Assembly (NCBI GenBank): GCA_008632985.1
Contig: QPGO01000075.1
Location: forward strand, 312,517-370,572
Source of the DNA: Psammoneis japonica
Taxonomy: Eukaryota
DNA: 58,056 nucleotides
Direction of reading: 5' to 3'
This document shows positions 1 through 13,300 of the stretch, one piece after another (the stretch's first letter is position 1; each line of letters begins with the position of its first letter). The translations under genes were made by a program, and so were the position numbers. The notes beneath the pieces were generated by a model, which saw only the letters and a program-made list of their open reading frames with translations, was not told where the DNA came from and did no database searches.

Positions 1-722
1 TCTTCATCTACTTGGAGCATGGGCGCCCTTGCGCGGTCTTCAACTCCAACGTCTTGGACGTCCATGGCAATATCATCCTCGGCACGTGCCTCGACGCCTC
101 CAAACCCTTCCACTCGAAAGGCTCCGGGTTGATCTTGTTGTTCTTCCCTAGAGAGCAACGTTGTTTCTCCCGGTCTTCCTTCATCCTCTTCTGGAACACT
201 GGCTAGCCTCGCCGCTTCTGCCTCGGCGAAATTCTTGCTGTTCTTCCAGCGTGTTCTCGCGTCTGGCTCATCGATAACAATCGGATAGCACTTCTTCTTA
301 TTGTTTGGTCCAGAAGCTGCTAGTTTCTTTTCCTCGATGTGCTTTTCGTTCTTGTATGGCGACTGCGTAGAAAGCAGAATCTCATCAGATGGAAAATCTT
401 TTTCATTTTCCTCCATGTGCTGCTCCTTCTTTCGATACGAGGACAGCGGAATCTCGTGAACGGAACATTTCTCACCGTACTTGTGTGTTGATGCCTTTTT
501 CTTTTCCAAAAGTATATCGTCGTCCTCGTCAGTAGAGCAAGAATACCTTGTTTCCGGAAGCTCTTGCGCAAAGTCTTGGTCCGTGGAAGAGTGTCGCTTG
601 GGCATGACTACTGGAGCTATCGGTTCCGTGTCCTCTCTCTGGGGTCGGCCCACCGTTGGTCGCCTTGCGACATGATGATTATGATTCGCAACTTGGGCTT
701 GACTTGTGTTTTCGCTATTCAT
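1..722 (-). CDS. 5' part of a hypothetical protein running off the window start; low-complexity N-terminus with a QPGAFRV motif
   Basis: Manual translation gives an uninterrupted frame from ATG at 722 (MNSENTSQAQ...EEQQDQPGAFRVEG...) to the window edge, with an in-frame TAA just upstream of the ATG. PGA(F/Y)xV motifs are, from recall, common in N-termini of diatom receptor-like proteins. Absent from the ORF track because it has no stop in the window. Confidence 0.65.
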   Translation of the reverse strand, partial: MNSENTSQAQVANHNHHVARRPTVGRPQREDTEPIAPVVMPKRHSSTDQDFAQELPETRYSCSTDEDDDILLEKKKASTHKYGEKCSVHEIPLSSYRKKEQHMEENEKDFPSDEILLSTQSPYKNEKHIEEKKLAASGPNNKKKCYPIVIDEPDARTRWKNSKNFAEAEAARLASVPEEDEGRPGETTLLSREEQQDQPGAFRVEGFGGVEARAEDDIAMDVQDVGVEDRARAPMLQVDE

Positions 723-1544
723 GATTATCTCGGGAGAATCAGAAGTGACTTATTGAAAGATTTCAAATATGCTCTTTATGCGGGTTTGCCTCGTGATGGA
801 CGAGTTCGGGTTGCAGACTGGGGAGCGGTGTTCGGGAATTGGTGTCGCGCTTCCATCGCATCATCTTTCATGGTCACGTTTCTCATACTTCTGATTCTCA
901 TGGAAGCAAACAAGTCCCAAAATGGCCGAGGGGGTGCATAAACCAAGCCAAGACATGATGATTCTTCACAAAAAAGTACAAAGTTAAAAAAAGATGGCAA
1001 CGGAAACGTTTGCATCATCATCATTCATCATGCCACATCATGGCCGCGGCAAGAAGACGCACGATGCAGTCGTGACTTACTCGAATCTGAGCCACGAGTG
1101 ACGTCACTGTACTGTATGCGTAAAAATGTGTATGTACTACGCCTGTCTGTGCATCCGTCCCCTTCATTTCCGCGTTTTCAACGTTTCAGGCTCGCTCCTT
1201 TATCTCATCTGCCCCAGCAAGCAAAGTCATCAAGCTCAAAGCTACTGTAGCTCTACTTATTTTGGACGCAATAAAATTCTTTTGACTAGAAGGAATGACA
1301 ACCTCGCATCGTCGATCAGAAGGAGCAAACACACAAAAAGACATGCTACAATCAACAGCGAAATACAAACTAGAGTAGTGCGCGTCTCTCTATAGACTTG
1401 GGCACACAAGGTACGGTCATGTTTGACGTGACATAATTAGTGCAAGAACAAGATTTATATAAAGTAATGTCTAAGTAAGCTGTAAAAAAATCGATCTTTT
1501 GAACCCATTCCTCAAAATCAATTCGAATTCCAATCCAGAACTCC

Positions 1545-2552
1545 CTATAAGACCATTCGGCCCATTCCGTCCGTGGTCGCCGGCAAGACTTGCGGCCCAT
1601 CCAATCGTTGCATAGCTCTATTACTAGTCAAATTGGAAGAATACAATCGAATAGCACTCTGAATCGGACAATGGCCAACTGGACAGGCACACTTGTTCTG
1701 AACCACCAAATCGGCACACTCGTCACAGAGACACGCATGACCACATGGAATGAGAGCATGCGACACTTGCCGAGTGCCACACTCGACACAGGGTTGAATG
1801 CGTGACTCGTGTGGAATCCACAACGTCATGGGCGGAGTGCCCTGCACTCCCGATCCCACCACGACACGCCATCCCATGGACGGCGGCAACTCGTTCTTTT
1901 CACCCGTCGCCATGGCCGCATACAAATCCGTATCGTATCTGGTTCCCGGAGCGTGCTGTTTGGAACAAATCGATAGATACCACCGACTCGACTTGTCCGA
2001 ATGCACGCAACGAAACACGGAAAACACCACGTTTTGTGATTTGTACTTTCCGGGCTTGTCGTAGCGTCCCACATGATCCACCATGCCTGTGCATCTGTAC
2101 AAGCCATTCACCGTGGGCAACGACGCTTCCTCCACCGCCAAGACACCAAAAGTCAATTCCTCGGGCAAGCCCAATTCCATACGAGGGTCTCGTCCCAAAT
2201 CATTCAGAATGTCTCCAATTTCAGAAAGGGTGTTCTCGTTTTCTTCCATGCTGGTACTCGACAGAGATATCAGCAGCGGAGCGGTATTCTTCTTTTTTCG
2301 AGATCGTTGTCTGCGTTCCACAACGAGCGGTGGTTCTCGTATGCTTTCGGGACACGGTCGTCCGTCGAGAATTTCTTCAATAATTTCATTGCGATCCGCC
2401 AGTACGGGCGCTGCCGCCGCAGAGCTGGAATAACTCGTGGAAGGCGGCGGCCTCATGAACAACACATCGCTGCTTTCGCTGTCGTTGTCGTTCTTTTCGG
2501 CATCTACTGTAATCCATGCCGGTATACCTTTATTCGATTGAGTCAGTACCAT
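1545..2552 (-). CDS. C3HC4-type RING finger protein (putative E3 ubiquitin ligase), 335 aa
   Basis: C-terminal CVEC-x11-CGHACLCDEC-x9-CPV RING pattern; single long ORF with normal TpA/CpG content. Confidence 0.85.
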   Translation of the reverse strand: MVLTQSNKGIPAWITVDAEKNDNDSESSDVLFMRPPPSTSYSSSAAAAPVLADRNEIIEEILDGRPCPESIREPPLVVERRQRSRKKKNTAPLLISLSSTSMEENENTLSEIGDILNDLGRDPRMELGLPEELTFGVLAVEEASLPTVNGLYRCTGMVDHVGRYDKPGKYKSQNVVFSVFRCVHSDKSSRWYLSICSKQHAPGTRYDTDLYAAMATGEKNELPPSMGWRVVVGSGVQGTPPMTLWIPHESRIQPCVECGTRQVSHALIPCGHACLCDECADLVVQNKCACPVGHCPIQSAIRLYSSNLTSNRAMQRLDGPQVLPATTDGMGRMVL

Positions 2553-3749
2553 GGTAATAGTAAGTCTTTTGGTTGTTGTTGATGAGTGACTGTTGTGTTC
2601 GCAACCTTCGCAACAAAAACCATGAAGCTATCGCAAGTGTTGCTTTGCTGACGATGACAGGACTTGAAGGGAATTTTCTTTGGTGAGAAATTTTAAATAA
2701 AAATTATCAGTCATAAGGTAATATATTACAGAGGAATCCCATTCAATTTTTTTAAAATAATTAAGCTACGCGTATTATAATACACGTCATAAATTGCATA
2801 CTCAGCGATGAGAGGTATCTTTTCAATTAAGCCCAGAACGTTCTGCCAGCCGTTGTGGATTACCAATGTTCAGTGTTGCATTATTACATGCAATTTTTCA
2901 TATTTAAAATCTCATCTACAGATTTTAAGGACAAGCATTTTGGCGGGAAAGAGTGCAGGTTGGTCATCACTATAAACAGCATGAGAATTTGCTTGCCTTG
3001 CCCCTGTGTGCTCCACCCTCCACCCGTCATGATTCATGCACCCATTTTGTTAACTTCCAAAGGAGTCATGGGGTCAAGATCCAACAATGGCACAGTCTGA
3101 GATGCCGCACCTCTCAGCACACTTCTCACACTCGCACAGCAACAATGCACTCGGCACTGCTGGGCACGTGCCCCAGCTCCAGAGTTTGCAAAGAGGTCGC
3201 GCAACAGAACATCATCACATGCATCCATTGTGCACACCACAGTGGTGATGGTGTTAGAACATTGAGGTTCAAGGTGGTTCTGGGAGGACACACAGACAAT
3301 GTTGCAACAGCAAAAAAGATTGCTGACCATTGCAAATGACGCCGTGCTGGGCATTTTTATGAGAAAACACACTGGTTTGTTCTCCCCACTTTTTGGCTTC
3401 TGCACCATGTCAACATGGTGGCGTGGCAATGGCGCCAGTGACAGCATGAGACACGCGCATGTTTGCAGCCCATGTGGTGAGCTTTGGAGAGCCCAGGTTG
3501 GTGCGGCAGGTTTGGTGTCAGCAAAATGGCAGCAAGGCTCCAACACAGAAGTCAAAAAGGTGCAAGGGCTGGGAAAACAAGAGAAACCCAAAGGGAAGGC
3601 TGGGAAGTTGAGAGAAATCCAATGCCTGGTTGGTGCAAGTGATCGCAGCATTTGAGCTCACTGAGCTGACACAGTTGATTTGTCAACTTGTTGCTCCAGT
3701 TGAAGGAGTGGCTCTGCCTGGGTGAGATTTTGTGTCACCCTTGTTGAGG

Positions 3750-4194
3750 TGCAACACACAGCTGCTGACAAGAGCCAATGTATCACGGCGACGTGTCACA
3801 GCCTTTAAATGTCACAAAGGGCGTGACAAAATAACCTTTTGTCTGCATGCATGCTGCGTTGTGAATTCACAGCGGAGTGGTGCATCGCAACCACCAGGCA
3901 GGAGGCCAGGGGTTCGAAACCCTGAGTGGGAGTTGTCTGCAGCAACGTTGATCACTGTCGAACGCGCAAAACTCTGTGCAGTTCTGTGTGTTCCTTCGTG
4001 CGTGCCCACACTGTTCCACCAAAACCGTGCAGTGTCAGTGCACGTTGGTAAAGAGCCGCATGGATGCGTGACACATGGGGAGGAGTGCAATGTGCAGCTG
4101 CCAACAAGAGTTGATGTGTCACGGCGACGTGTTACAGCCTTTAAATGTCACAAAGGGTGTGACAAAATAACCTTTTGTCTGCATGCATGCTGCA
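3750..4194 (+). mobile_element. TRIM-like miniature LTR element A (445 bp; 109-bp LTRs at 3750-3858 and 4086-4194)
   Basis: Two 109-bp direct repeats starting TGCAA; polypurine tract GGGGAGGAG immediately before the second repeat; GAGG on both flanks (3746-3749 and 4195-4198, a candidate 4-bp TSD). No canonical TGG PBS seen. Confidence 0.75.
3863..3932 (+). ncRNA. tRNA-derived Pol III promoter cassette (A box and B box) inside TRIM A
   Basis: CAGCGGAGTGG at 3870-3880 (A box TAGCNNAGTGG after TA->CA) and GGTTCGAAACC at 3911-3921 within a CAGGG/CCCTG stem. Acceptor and anticodon stems are poor, so it is not a functional tRNA. Confidence 0.5.
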
Positions 4195-7100
4195 GAGGAG
4201 TGGCTGGCAAGAAATGATCTCTGGAGGACCTTGCTTTGAGGAAGCTGCAAGGGTCCACTGAAAAAGGGTGCAGCAAAGTTGTGTTGAGCCAGGAATGATG
4301 CCAGCATGGGCAAGGACATGGGAATCTTTCAAAAATGACCCGTGAAGCAAAACATGCACAAATCAGCACTTGAGAATGTGCCCGCAGAATCCAAACGTTT
4401 TTGTGCCAAAACTGTCATCTTCTCAAAACTTGTGCAAAAAAGGACTTGACTGCCAACTGATCAGGTGCATTTCTGCAAATGCACTGTTCCAAAACAGTCT
4501 GATCAGTTTGCAGACAAGCCCATTTCTTGCAGAATTAAAACTCATCGAGGGCAGAGGACAGACAGAGAAAATTTGATGTTCTTCTTGGTGCTGGTCTGCA
4601 CAATTTCTGCACATTTGTTGACAACGACTCTGCAGTGCAAAAGATTGCTGTTGGGAGCACATGGAAGCATGAAAGATTTGAGATTGGAAGGAGTGGGTGC
4701 ATGACGCCATTGCTGGGTTGGGATGACAGGCAGATGGGTGCTGCACAGAAACCACAAGAAAGACAAGTGAGTGAATTGGAAGAATGCTTGGGCAAGAGAT
4801 GCCGGCGTTGGCATCTCCGAGGCAGGAAAACAAGCAAGAGGAGCTGGAGGAGCATCCATTGGGTGCAACCACATCAGAGAAGGACAAGTCAGTCTGGCGG
4901 AAATGACATGATTGCGGTGTGAAACAGGGTGTGATCTGCAAGATGCAGAAGGCAAGAGCACTCAACACAATTGTGGAACAGTTGGCAAAGGCAGTCTGTC
5001 ACAAAGTTGAAGCAGTGGCAGAGTTTGCAAAGGTTGCAAAGCATTTGGAAAAATTGTGTGAATGCAGGACAGACTCTGCGTCTTTTTCATGCATTGAAGC
5101 TGCACTGACAAATGCCCCAAAGGCACAGATGGACAGAATTTGTTCAAACAGCAGCTGTGTGGACATGTGCCCCAAATGAGGGTTGCTTCTTGATGCACTT
5201 AAAATCTGGTGCATGACAAAACAAGGTGACAAGAAGGGGAACCTGGCTCTGCTCACACCTCCCTCTGACACACCTCTGGGTGGTGGCACAATGGAGCTGC
5301 AAATGTTCTTCCAAAGTTGAGATGATGTCACAGCCACTGCATTCTTGCCAGCAGGGACAATGCCAGCAGAGACAATGCCAGCAGGACTGCAAACCAAGAT
5401 TGCAGCTCCATTTTGAACTGTTGCTCTTGTTCAATGAGGCAAGCATTGATGGAGCAAGGGAGGTGCAAGACTTGGAGCAGCTGTGCTTGGAGATTCTCAA
5501 TCAGCACAGACAAGAGAGAGACATCTTCAAACTTTGGTCATGTGACAACCTTTTTGTTGGTGCTGCTTTGACCATCCATGATGAGAAGCATCTGTTCCAC
5601 GTCATGCCCCATGCAGTCAAGGTTGGTGCAATGTCTTGCTCCAACAATGATGACAACAAGAGAGAGTTCTGCTCATGTTTCAGCAAGGGCACCCGATGGC
5701 ACATGCTTTGTTTTTCTGCACATCTTTTTGCCAGACCAGAAGCTCAGCTTCAAATTTCCACTTTGCTGCTTGGGCTTGGCTGCGCCCCCAAAACAGCGAC
5801 AGTCCTTGCATCCCCCACAGTTGTCCTCATGCAAGTGAAACAAGTGGATGAACAGTTTGGCAAGACAGCATCCAAACCTCATCTGCTGCCATGTCAGGGC
5901 AAAGGAAACATCAGTGTCCAACAAACAGCAGCATCCACATGGCAGTTGCACATTGCACAGAAACCAGCTCAAGACAATTGAGTTGGGGCATCAGACACAG
6001 TCAAAGACAAACCTTGTGCACCAACTGACAGCAGTCATCTGGGTCCATGTTGCATGCATTTTTGATGGCACCAGGAAAGAAGTCTGGCAACCAACTGGTG
6101 GCCTCTTGTCTTTGCACAAGTGATTGCCAATTTGGTGATGGGATGCTTCAAATTGCTTGCAGCTCATGAAATGCTGGTCCAGCAGGTTGTCACAGGCACC
6201 ATCTTGATTTTTGAACACATCATTGCATGCCTTTCTCATCTGACAATTAACCCCACACTGCTTCAACTCACCAGCATCAGAGACAGGCTGCATGGAAGAA
6301 ATGCCAACCACTCTGTTGTCATTGCTGTTCTTGTCATCAGCATGGAATGCACAATCTCTGTCTTGGTTTGAAAAATGTGTCATGATGGCAGCAATGTCAG
6401 GGTGGATGGCATTCCCAAATGCTTTGTTGTGGCAGGGACAGGTGGGATTGGCAAAAGGGTGCTGCCCCACCTGGGAACAAATGCACAGTTTCACCCAGAA
6501 TGCCAGCGGCAAAAGAAGTGGCAATCATTTCATTGATGAACGCAGGATTGGGCCATTGGTCTGCAGACTTGGGAGCAGACTTTAACTTTGGCAGGCAGGC
6601 AGCTTGTGGAATGGATGGTCTGCTGTGTCCATCTTCACTGTGTGTCCATCCATTTGATTGGCAGCCAGTGAATCTGACATTGCAGCAGTTGGTGGCCTTC
6701 TGGCACACAACTGTTTTTCTGAAATTTTTCTTTGGTGTTGGATTGAATTTGCAGCCATGCTTGATGCCCTCATGGATGCCTCACCAACTGACATCTTTGG
6801 CAAGCACAGAAGCACTGTGGTTGCCATTGTGCATCACAATGTGTTCATTGCAATGTGATGGTGTCTTTGGATTGCACAAGAACAAGGGAGGGGCAACGCC
6901 ATGGCACATGCACAGTTGCTTCATGGTGTTCATCAAATGACTTGTGAGACACTGGCCATGGCCTTTCTCACTGCTGCGCAACAAGCAGGATTGAAGTTTG
7001 GGCTGATTTGGTGCAAACAGCATTGGCGGGGAAAGTGCAGTCATCTTCATGGACAGCTGCTTTGCCATTGGTGCTGTCAGCAACAACAGAGGACACACAA

Positions 7101-10100
7101 AGTGTGAGATGCCATGTGACAGAATGCACCACAGTGCATGTGGGTGCTGTTGGGGTGCTGGTGTGCAAACTCACTGCATGACAATCATTTGCCGCATGGT
7201 CAATGATGTTTGGTTTTTGTTTGTGCACTTGTTGAGCAGGAGGGCTTGGGTCTCTCAACTCCATTTTTTTCCAACTCCAAGCACTGGGCTCAAATTTTCA
7301 TCAATTTGTTGAAAATGAACAACACAAAATTGCGATGTTGTTGAGGTTGAATGCAACACAAACTTGTGCTGATGTTCATCACATGGACCAGCACAAATTT
7401 GACAGTCAATCCAGGAAACACTCAACGCACATGACCCAGGCATGATGCGACATTGTTGCCCCCCACCTGGGACAGACATTGTGCTTGCCATGCATTGCAT
7501 GATCAACATCAAGTGAGAGCATGATGGTGGCAAACTTTTGAGAAAGATTGATGATTGCCATCATCATTGTGCTTCAATTGCAGCATGCAATGGTTCTCAT
7601 TTTTGTGTGTGATCAGGTGCAACATGGACAATTTTTGTGTTCAAAAACAAACACTTGCAAACAAACATTGCTCAAATGCCACAGCAATTTTAGGACAAAC
7701 ACGGGGGTGACCCATCAGTCAGGATGCAATGACGTGCATTGAGACAGGGTTTAAACAACCAATGACACTGGCACAATTGTGGGAGCTCCATCTTGATGAG
7801 TTGCCCAACAACTGCACAGCACTTTAAAACAACACAAAAATGACACAAAAGTCATGCAGAAATGCACAAGCATGACATGTGGCATGATTTAAAGAACTGT
7901 CAATGTCACAATTCAGCAGTGCAAGGTCCCACCTCTCTAGAGCTGGAGTGCATCAACTGCCAACAAGCAACACAAAAGGCCACGGAGCATGTGGAGAAAC
8001 ATCCAAAGGACAAGAAAAGGGAAAAAGGAAGGCAAACTTTTTGCTGAACATGAAGCACAATGAAAATGAGAAAGAAGCAGAGCAGGAGCAACAGCCTGAG
8101 CTGGGCATCTGCTGTGATGAAATGGACATCACTGGGTGCAGCAGCACAGACATGCTTGGAAACATTGGCGCAAATCTTGATGACGATTGTAAAAAGGCAT
8201 CAACAACTGATGCAATGAAGCAGCTAAAGACATGGAAGGAGGAAAATCTTTGACACAATGCTTGCACATTTCATGGCAGAGGATTTTCACCAAAGTTTAG
8301 GGAGAAAAATGTCCAAGCAGTGGTGAGTGGCTTCATGAGTGCCTGACAAAAAATTGACAAAAAAATGCAAACAAACAAAAAACTGAGGCAAACAAGGCAT
8401 TGCTGAGTTCCTTGAGACTGCAGAAATCACCCAAGACACTGCATCAATGTGGGCAGTGACATTTCCATGGAGGACTTCAAGATGCCCACCAAGAACCCCA
8501 TCAAGGCAAAAGAGATGGCAGTTGCTCGCACAAAGTCAGATGATCAAATGCTGATTTTCTTCTTTTGCTCTGCAAGCTCTCCACCAGCAAAGTTTTATGA
8601 CAAGAACACCTTCAAAGCTCCAGGCAATGAAGGCAAAGACACAGACAACATTTGCAGAAAAGAAACCTTTGGTGACAAATGAGTCAACCAGTTTGTCAAG
8701 GATGCTCCAGTCAACACTGAACTTCAACATGACTGAGCTGCATGGAAGAACAAGTGGAAGGTCAAGACAGCCCCAGCCAACAAGGAAAAGATGCTGAAAA
8801 ATCCCTCTGTTCCAACACCCTCCTTCTCCACTGGCTCTAATTCTTTGATGGTCTCATCCCTTTTTGTTGTCATCCCCCTCTTCCAACAATGTGAATGTGA
8901 TGGATCTTGCTTGCAGCCTGCCCACCCCCAGTGCCTGCAGCTCTGATGACTTGTGCAAGAAGTTTGCCAGTGCAGCACCACCCAAGAAGAACAAAGAGTG
9001 CAGCCCCAAGCTTTCTGAGGAAGAGCTGATGGGTGCTGAAGCCAGCTTTGTTGACATCAACATCACCAAAGCTGAGACACCCCAGCAAGCCTGCCACTGC
9101 CAAGAAAAGTGTGGATGAACCCATGCGGGCAACCAAGTTTGGACAAGAAGACCCCTCACATCAGGAAGTCTGTGCTGCCCAGCAGGATTGGCCCCCAGTC
9201 CAAGAAACTGATCAACCAGAACAAAGGAAAAAACAATGAGCCAAAAGTGTTGAAAACCATGCCAAATGCAGAGGAGAAAGCCAAAGCTCCAAAAACTCCC
9301 ACCCACCAGCACCCAGCTCTCTGTGGAAGCCAAGGTCAAAGCAAAACAAGACAAATCTGATCTAACCCACACAGCCCTGCTGCTGGCAAAAGCAAAACAA
9401 CCAAGACTCAAGCAAAGAAAGACTGCCAGCGACAAGCCAAAAACCCTTGTGAACTGCACAGAAGCTGCAAAAGCTTGACCCAGCTGCAAACAAATGTTGA
9501 AAGCTCAACCCAAGCCTGTCCAAGCTGTCAAAGCTCCACCCAAGTCCAACCAAAACCCTCAACTGATGCCCCTGTGGCACCTGTCTTTGCCTCCAAGTCC
9601 GCTGACAGTGGCAAAACCATTTGCAACCTCTGGGCTAACTTTGCAATGAAAATTCCACCCTTGGACAAGCTGCCAAAGGACGAAAACCCCCAGAAGTCTC
9701 TCTTGGGAAATTTGTTGGTGCTCTCCTGAAGAACTGAGCTTGTGATCTTGCTGGTGGCAGTTTTGCTCTGATGGCCTGGACCAGCAATGCAAAAGACAGC
9801 ACCGTCAGCCAAACAGCTGCCCAAGCTGCCAGCTTCCCAAGTTGAAGAGCTTTCTCTGTGGCACCATGTCAAATCAAACACACTCAATGCCAGCCAGACA
9901 GATGTCTGCACAGGTGTGAACCCAGGTGTGCTGCAAGCAACAAGGATGTGCTCCTCAAGCCAAAAGCAGCACTGCAGAGTGCTGAGTTCAACAAAGGGGG
10001 GCTGTGGTTCATGTGGCAGCACTGCAATCTTGACCCCACCAAGCTGCAGAAAGAAATTGGCAACAGGTGCTCAAGATTCCCATTTTGAGCAGTTGAGAAG

Positions 10101-12436
10101 AAACTGGAAAGTCATGAAACTCTCTCCAACTCCACAGCCATCCACCCACAGCCCAATGTGCTGCTCCACATCATTTGTTGTGCCTGCAATGTGGATGCCA
10201 CTTGACCAATCCTGCAAGTCTTGTTCTCTTGGTCCAACCCTGGCCATCCCTTTGGTGCCATTTCCAGGCTTGTTGACTCCAACAGCAGTTTAGAGACCTC
10301 ACAAAGTGTCTGTGGTGCAGCCACCAAGGTGCTGGGAGGGAATTTGCAATCCTCCCACAACAGCACTGAATCTGATCAAGCCAGCCAGCCACAGGACAGG
10401 CCAGTGAGGGTGAGCAGTCTGTGCAGAGAAAGGCCACATTGGGCAGCCACATGGTCTCTTGAAGAAGCAGAGAGGCCATGGAGAAAAAACAAGAGGACTT
10501 GATGGCCCCCAAACAAAGCTGCAAGACCAACAAACAACAACAAAAGATCCGCAAAAACAATGCAGACAGCAGCAGTTGTGGGGCCATCTGCACTCATGTC
10601 AGACTCAAAACCACTCTTTTCATCAATGGACTCCTGGACAATGAAAACAATCCAAGAATGAAAGTGTCCATGGTGCCATCCAAGAAAAACAGGTCAATGT
10701 GTCTGCATGAACAAGACCAACCATCACTGGAAAACAGTTCCTTGTGGGCAGCATCCTCAAGCATGGTTCAAAGAATGCCAGGAGCACCGCCCAAGTGTGC
10801 TGGCTGCTTGCAACTTTCATGATGCCTGTTCTTCTTGCTCTCAACCAGGGGGTGCCATGACAATGAGCACAGGGCAAGCCCAGCCACTGAGCAACTGAAA
10901 CAGGACAGAACCCTGCTTGTTTGACCTGGCACAGAGGAAAGGCAGGTGTCACTCTTGCTTTGAATTGCAGCGGTGCATCATCCCTGCAAAAGTCTCACAA
11001 CCGTGCTTGCAGCACAGTCTGCACTCAATGCTGGAGGCACTTCCAGCAGCACAATTGTGACAGATGCTCATGCCACAGGTGTGCATGGCTTTAAGATCTT
11101 GCCAAGGATGCAGAGGCCTGACACAAGAAGAGAGATCAAGTCATTCCAACCAGGGGCATCAACAAGAAGGACAGCATTTGCTCCCACAAGCTTTGCTCAG
11201 CTTTTGAAAACACACAGCTGCACAAACTTTTTTTGGAGGAGTGCAGAGCTGAGTCCATGCCCCCCACATGATTTCCTGGGTCTGCCTCAATTGATGAGTT
11301 CTGGGCCACAAGAGGCATCTTCATAGAACAGGGGGGCATGCTTCCATTTGGATGAGGATTCCTTGGCTCAGGGCACAGACTGGCATGGGGGTCAGTGCAT
11401 CACTCCAAACTGTGTTTGGTGCTCCACCTCCTGGGGTCAAATGACACCCATCATGATGGCTCAGCCAAACTGAATGACATGTTGACTGTCAACCACTTCA
11501 ACAAAAAGTGCAAGCAACATGTCATCAAAATTAATCTGGTGAGTCTCAGCATCAGGAATGAGAAATGTGGCACTTGTCCCCTGGTTTCATCACAGATTGA
11601 AGAGCTGGAGACTGCTGACAAGCTGCAAGTGGAAGAACTGTGGTTGGCAGACCAGAAGTGCAGGAAACCACAAGTGGGGGGAAGCCATGATTGCCAAAGT
11701 TGAAGAGGGCCTCAAATTGTGTTGAGCTGCATCCAGCACTCCTCATGAGGCAGCACAAACAACTCAAGGTCAGCTCACACAAGATTTGCTGCTTGGAGAA
11801 AAAAACACAAGGACCAAGGTGCACACATGCACCAATGCTCAAGCAGCTTCAAGAGGGACTCTCCCTTTGCCAGTGCAAGGAGTGCAGAGCAGCAATTGTG
11901 AGGGAGGCAAAGGATCACCAAGCAAAATTTCTGGAGAGTCAAGCTGAAGAAATGGCAAATGCCTGCAACTGAATTGCAGAAACCCAGACCTGTGTTCTCA
12001 AACAAAAAAAGCAGCCTTGGGAGCAGAGCTGATGAGCCAGCTGCATCTCAGGGAAACTGTTTGCTGAGAAAGCCCAGACAAGAATCCTTGTCAACCAAGA
12101 GAATGGACCTGATCAAGAAGCAGCAGAGAAAGAGGCAACAAAAACTGCCTCAATCAAATGTTGGGAACCAAGCTCATGCAAAAGCTGCTGGTCAATGGCA
12201 CCCAGTTCTCAGGAGCTGGCCAACAAGCCAAAGCTGTTCTCAATGGATCATGCTGCAACAGAGGCCATTTAAACTTTTGGATCTGCACCTGAGCTCAATG
12301 CTGCTTGTTCCAAGGAGGAGTGCCAGTGCAGCACTGTTGACTGTTGAAGCTGGTTGGCAGAGAGGACAATGTGGTTGCAGTTGATGCAGCTGAGAATGGC
12401 GTGGGTGGGGAAATTTAAAGGGTTCATGTTGAAGCA

Positions 12437-13300
12437 ATGCTGGAGGCAGAAGCATCAGCAGATTTGGCACAAGGCATTGACTTGGTGCATCTTCCACTTT
12501 GCAGCAATTTGAGTGCTCCACCTGGTGTGCCATGTTGTGGTGCATTTCTTGCATTCTTGGAGATGCACTTTTCAAGGTGTGGATGGAGCAAAGGTGATGG
12601 TCAAGCACAAGTGCAAGAAGCTGCACTTTGTTTCATGACAAGCACACTTCTAGCTTGGGATGAAAGGAACCCCAACAAAGCAAAAGCAACCCCAAAGCAG
12701 CAAGTCAAGCTCATTTCTTTGCCTCCAAAAGAGTTGTGTTGGCAAGTTCAAGCCATGTTTGTTGCACTCGGAAATGAAGTTGACTCAAAACCTGGTGCAC
12801 CACTTTTCAAGAAAATGATGTCAAAGAAGGCAGACAACTTTTTAAAAGAGATGCTTGAAGCAGATTGTTGCTCTGACCCACCAGGTTTCAGCTGCTGCTG
12901 CTTCTGGTGCTTGACCCTGACAGCAGCCCAGTTGTTGACAAGCACAGGCTGAGGTTGCTGTCTTGGACCACAGCTGCACAGCAGTTGACATTGAGAGCAG
13001 CCACAAGTGCTGAAAAATGCCACATTTAGACCAGTTGCCCAGCTGGTCCAAGTGGCAGCAAAAAAAATCCATGGCTGCCAGCAAATGGGGTGCTGCAATG
13101 TGTGGCAAACCAACAAGGTGGGCTTGAGTCACAGAGCTCTCTTGCACCCACCACATGTGGTGGCCAGTGATGTGCTGGACATGCCAGTGAGAACTTTGCA
13201 GCAGCATCCATTTGCTCAGAAGAGCTTGACACCACACTTTGGGCCTGAATGGCTGAGATTCCCACAAAAAATCAAGAACAACTTTTCCAGTGACTTGAAA
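12437..13300 (+). pseudogene. Degenerate ORF of a putative DNA transposon (SDPPG-motif protein, possibly DUF6729-associated family)
   Basis: PLFKKMMSKKADNFLKEMLEADCCSDPPGFSCC followed out of frame by VDKH and IESSHK; resembles from recall a repeat-encoded protein family once Cys is read back as Tyr. Needs an HMM search. Confidence 0.35.
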
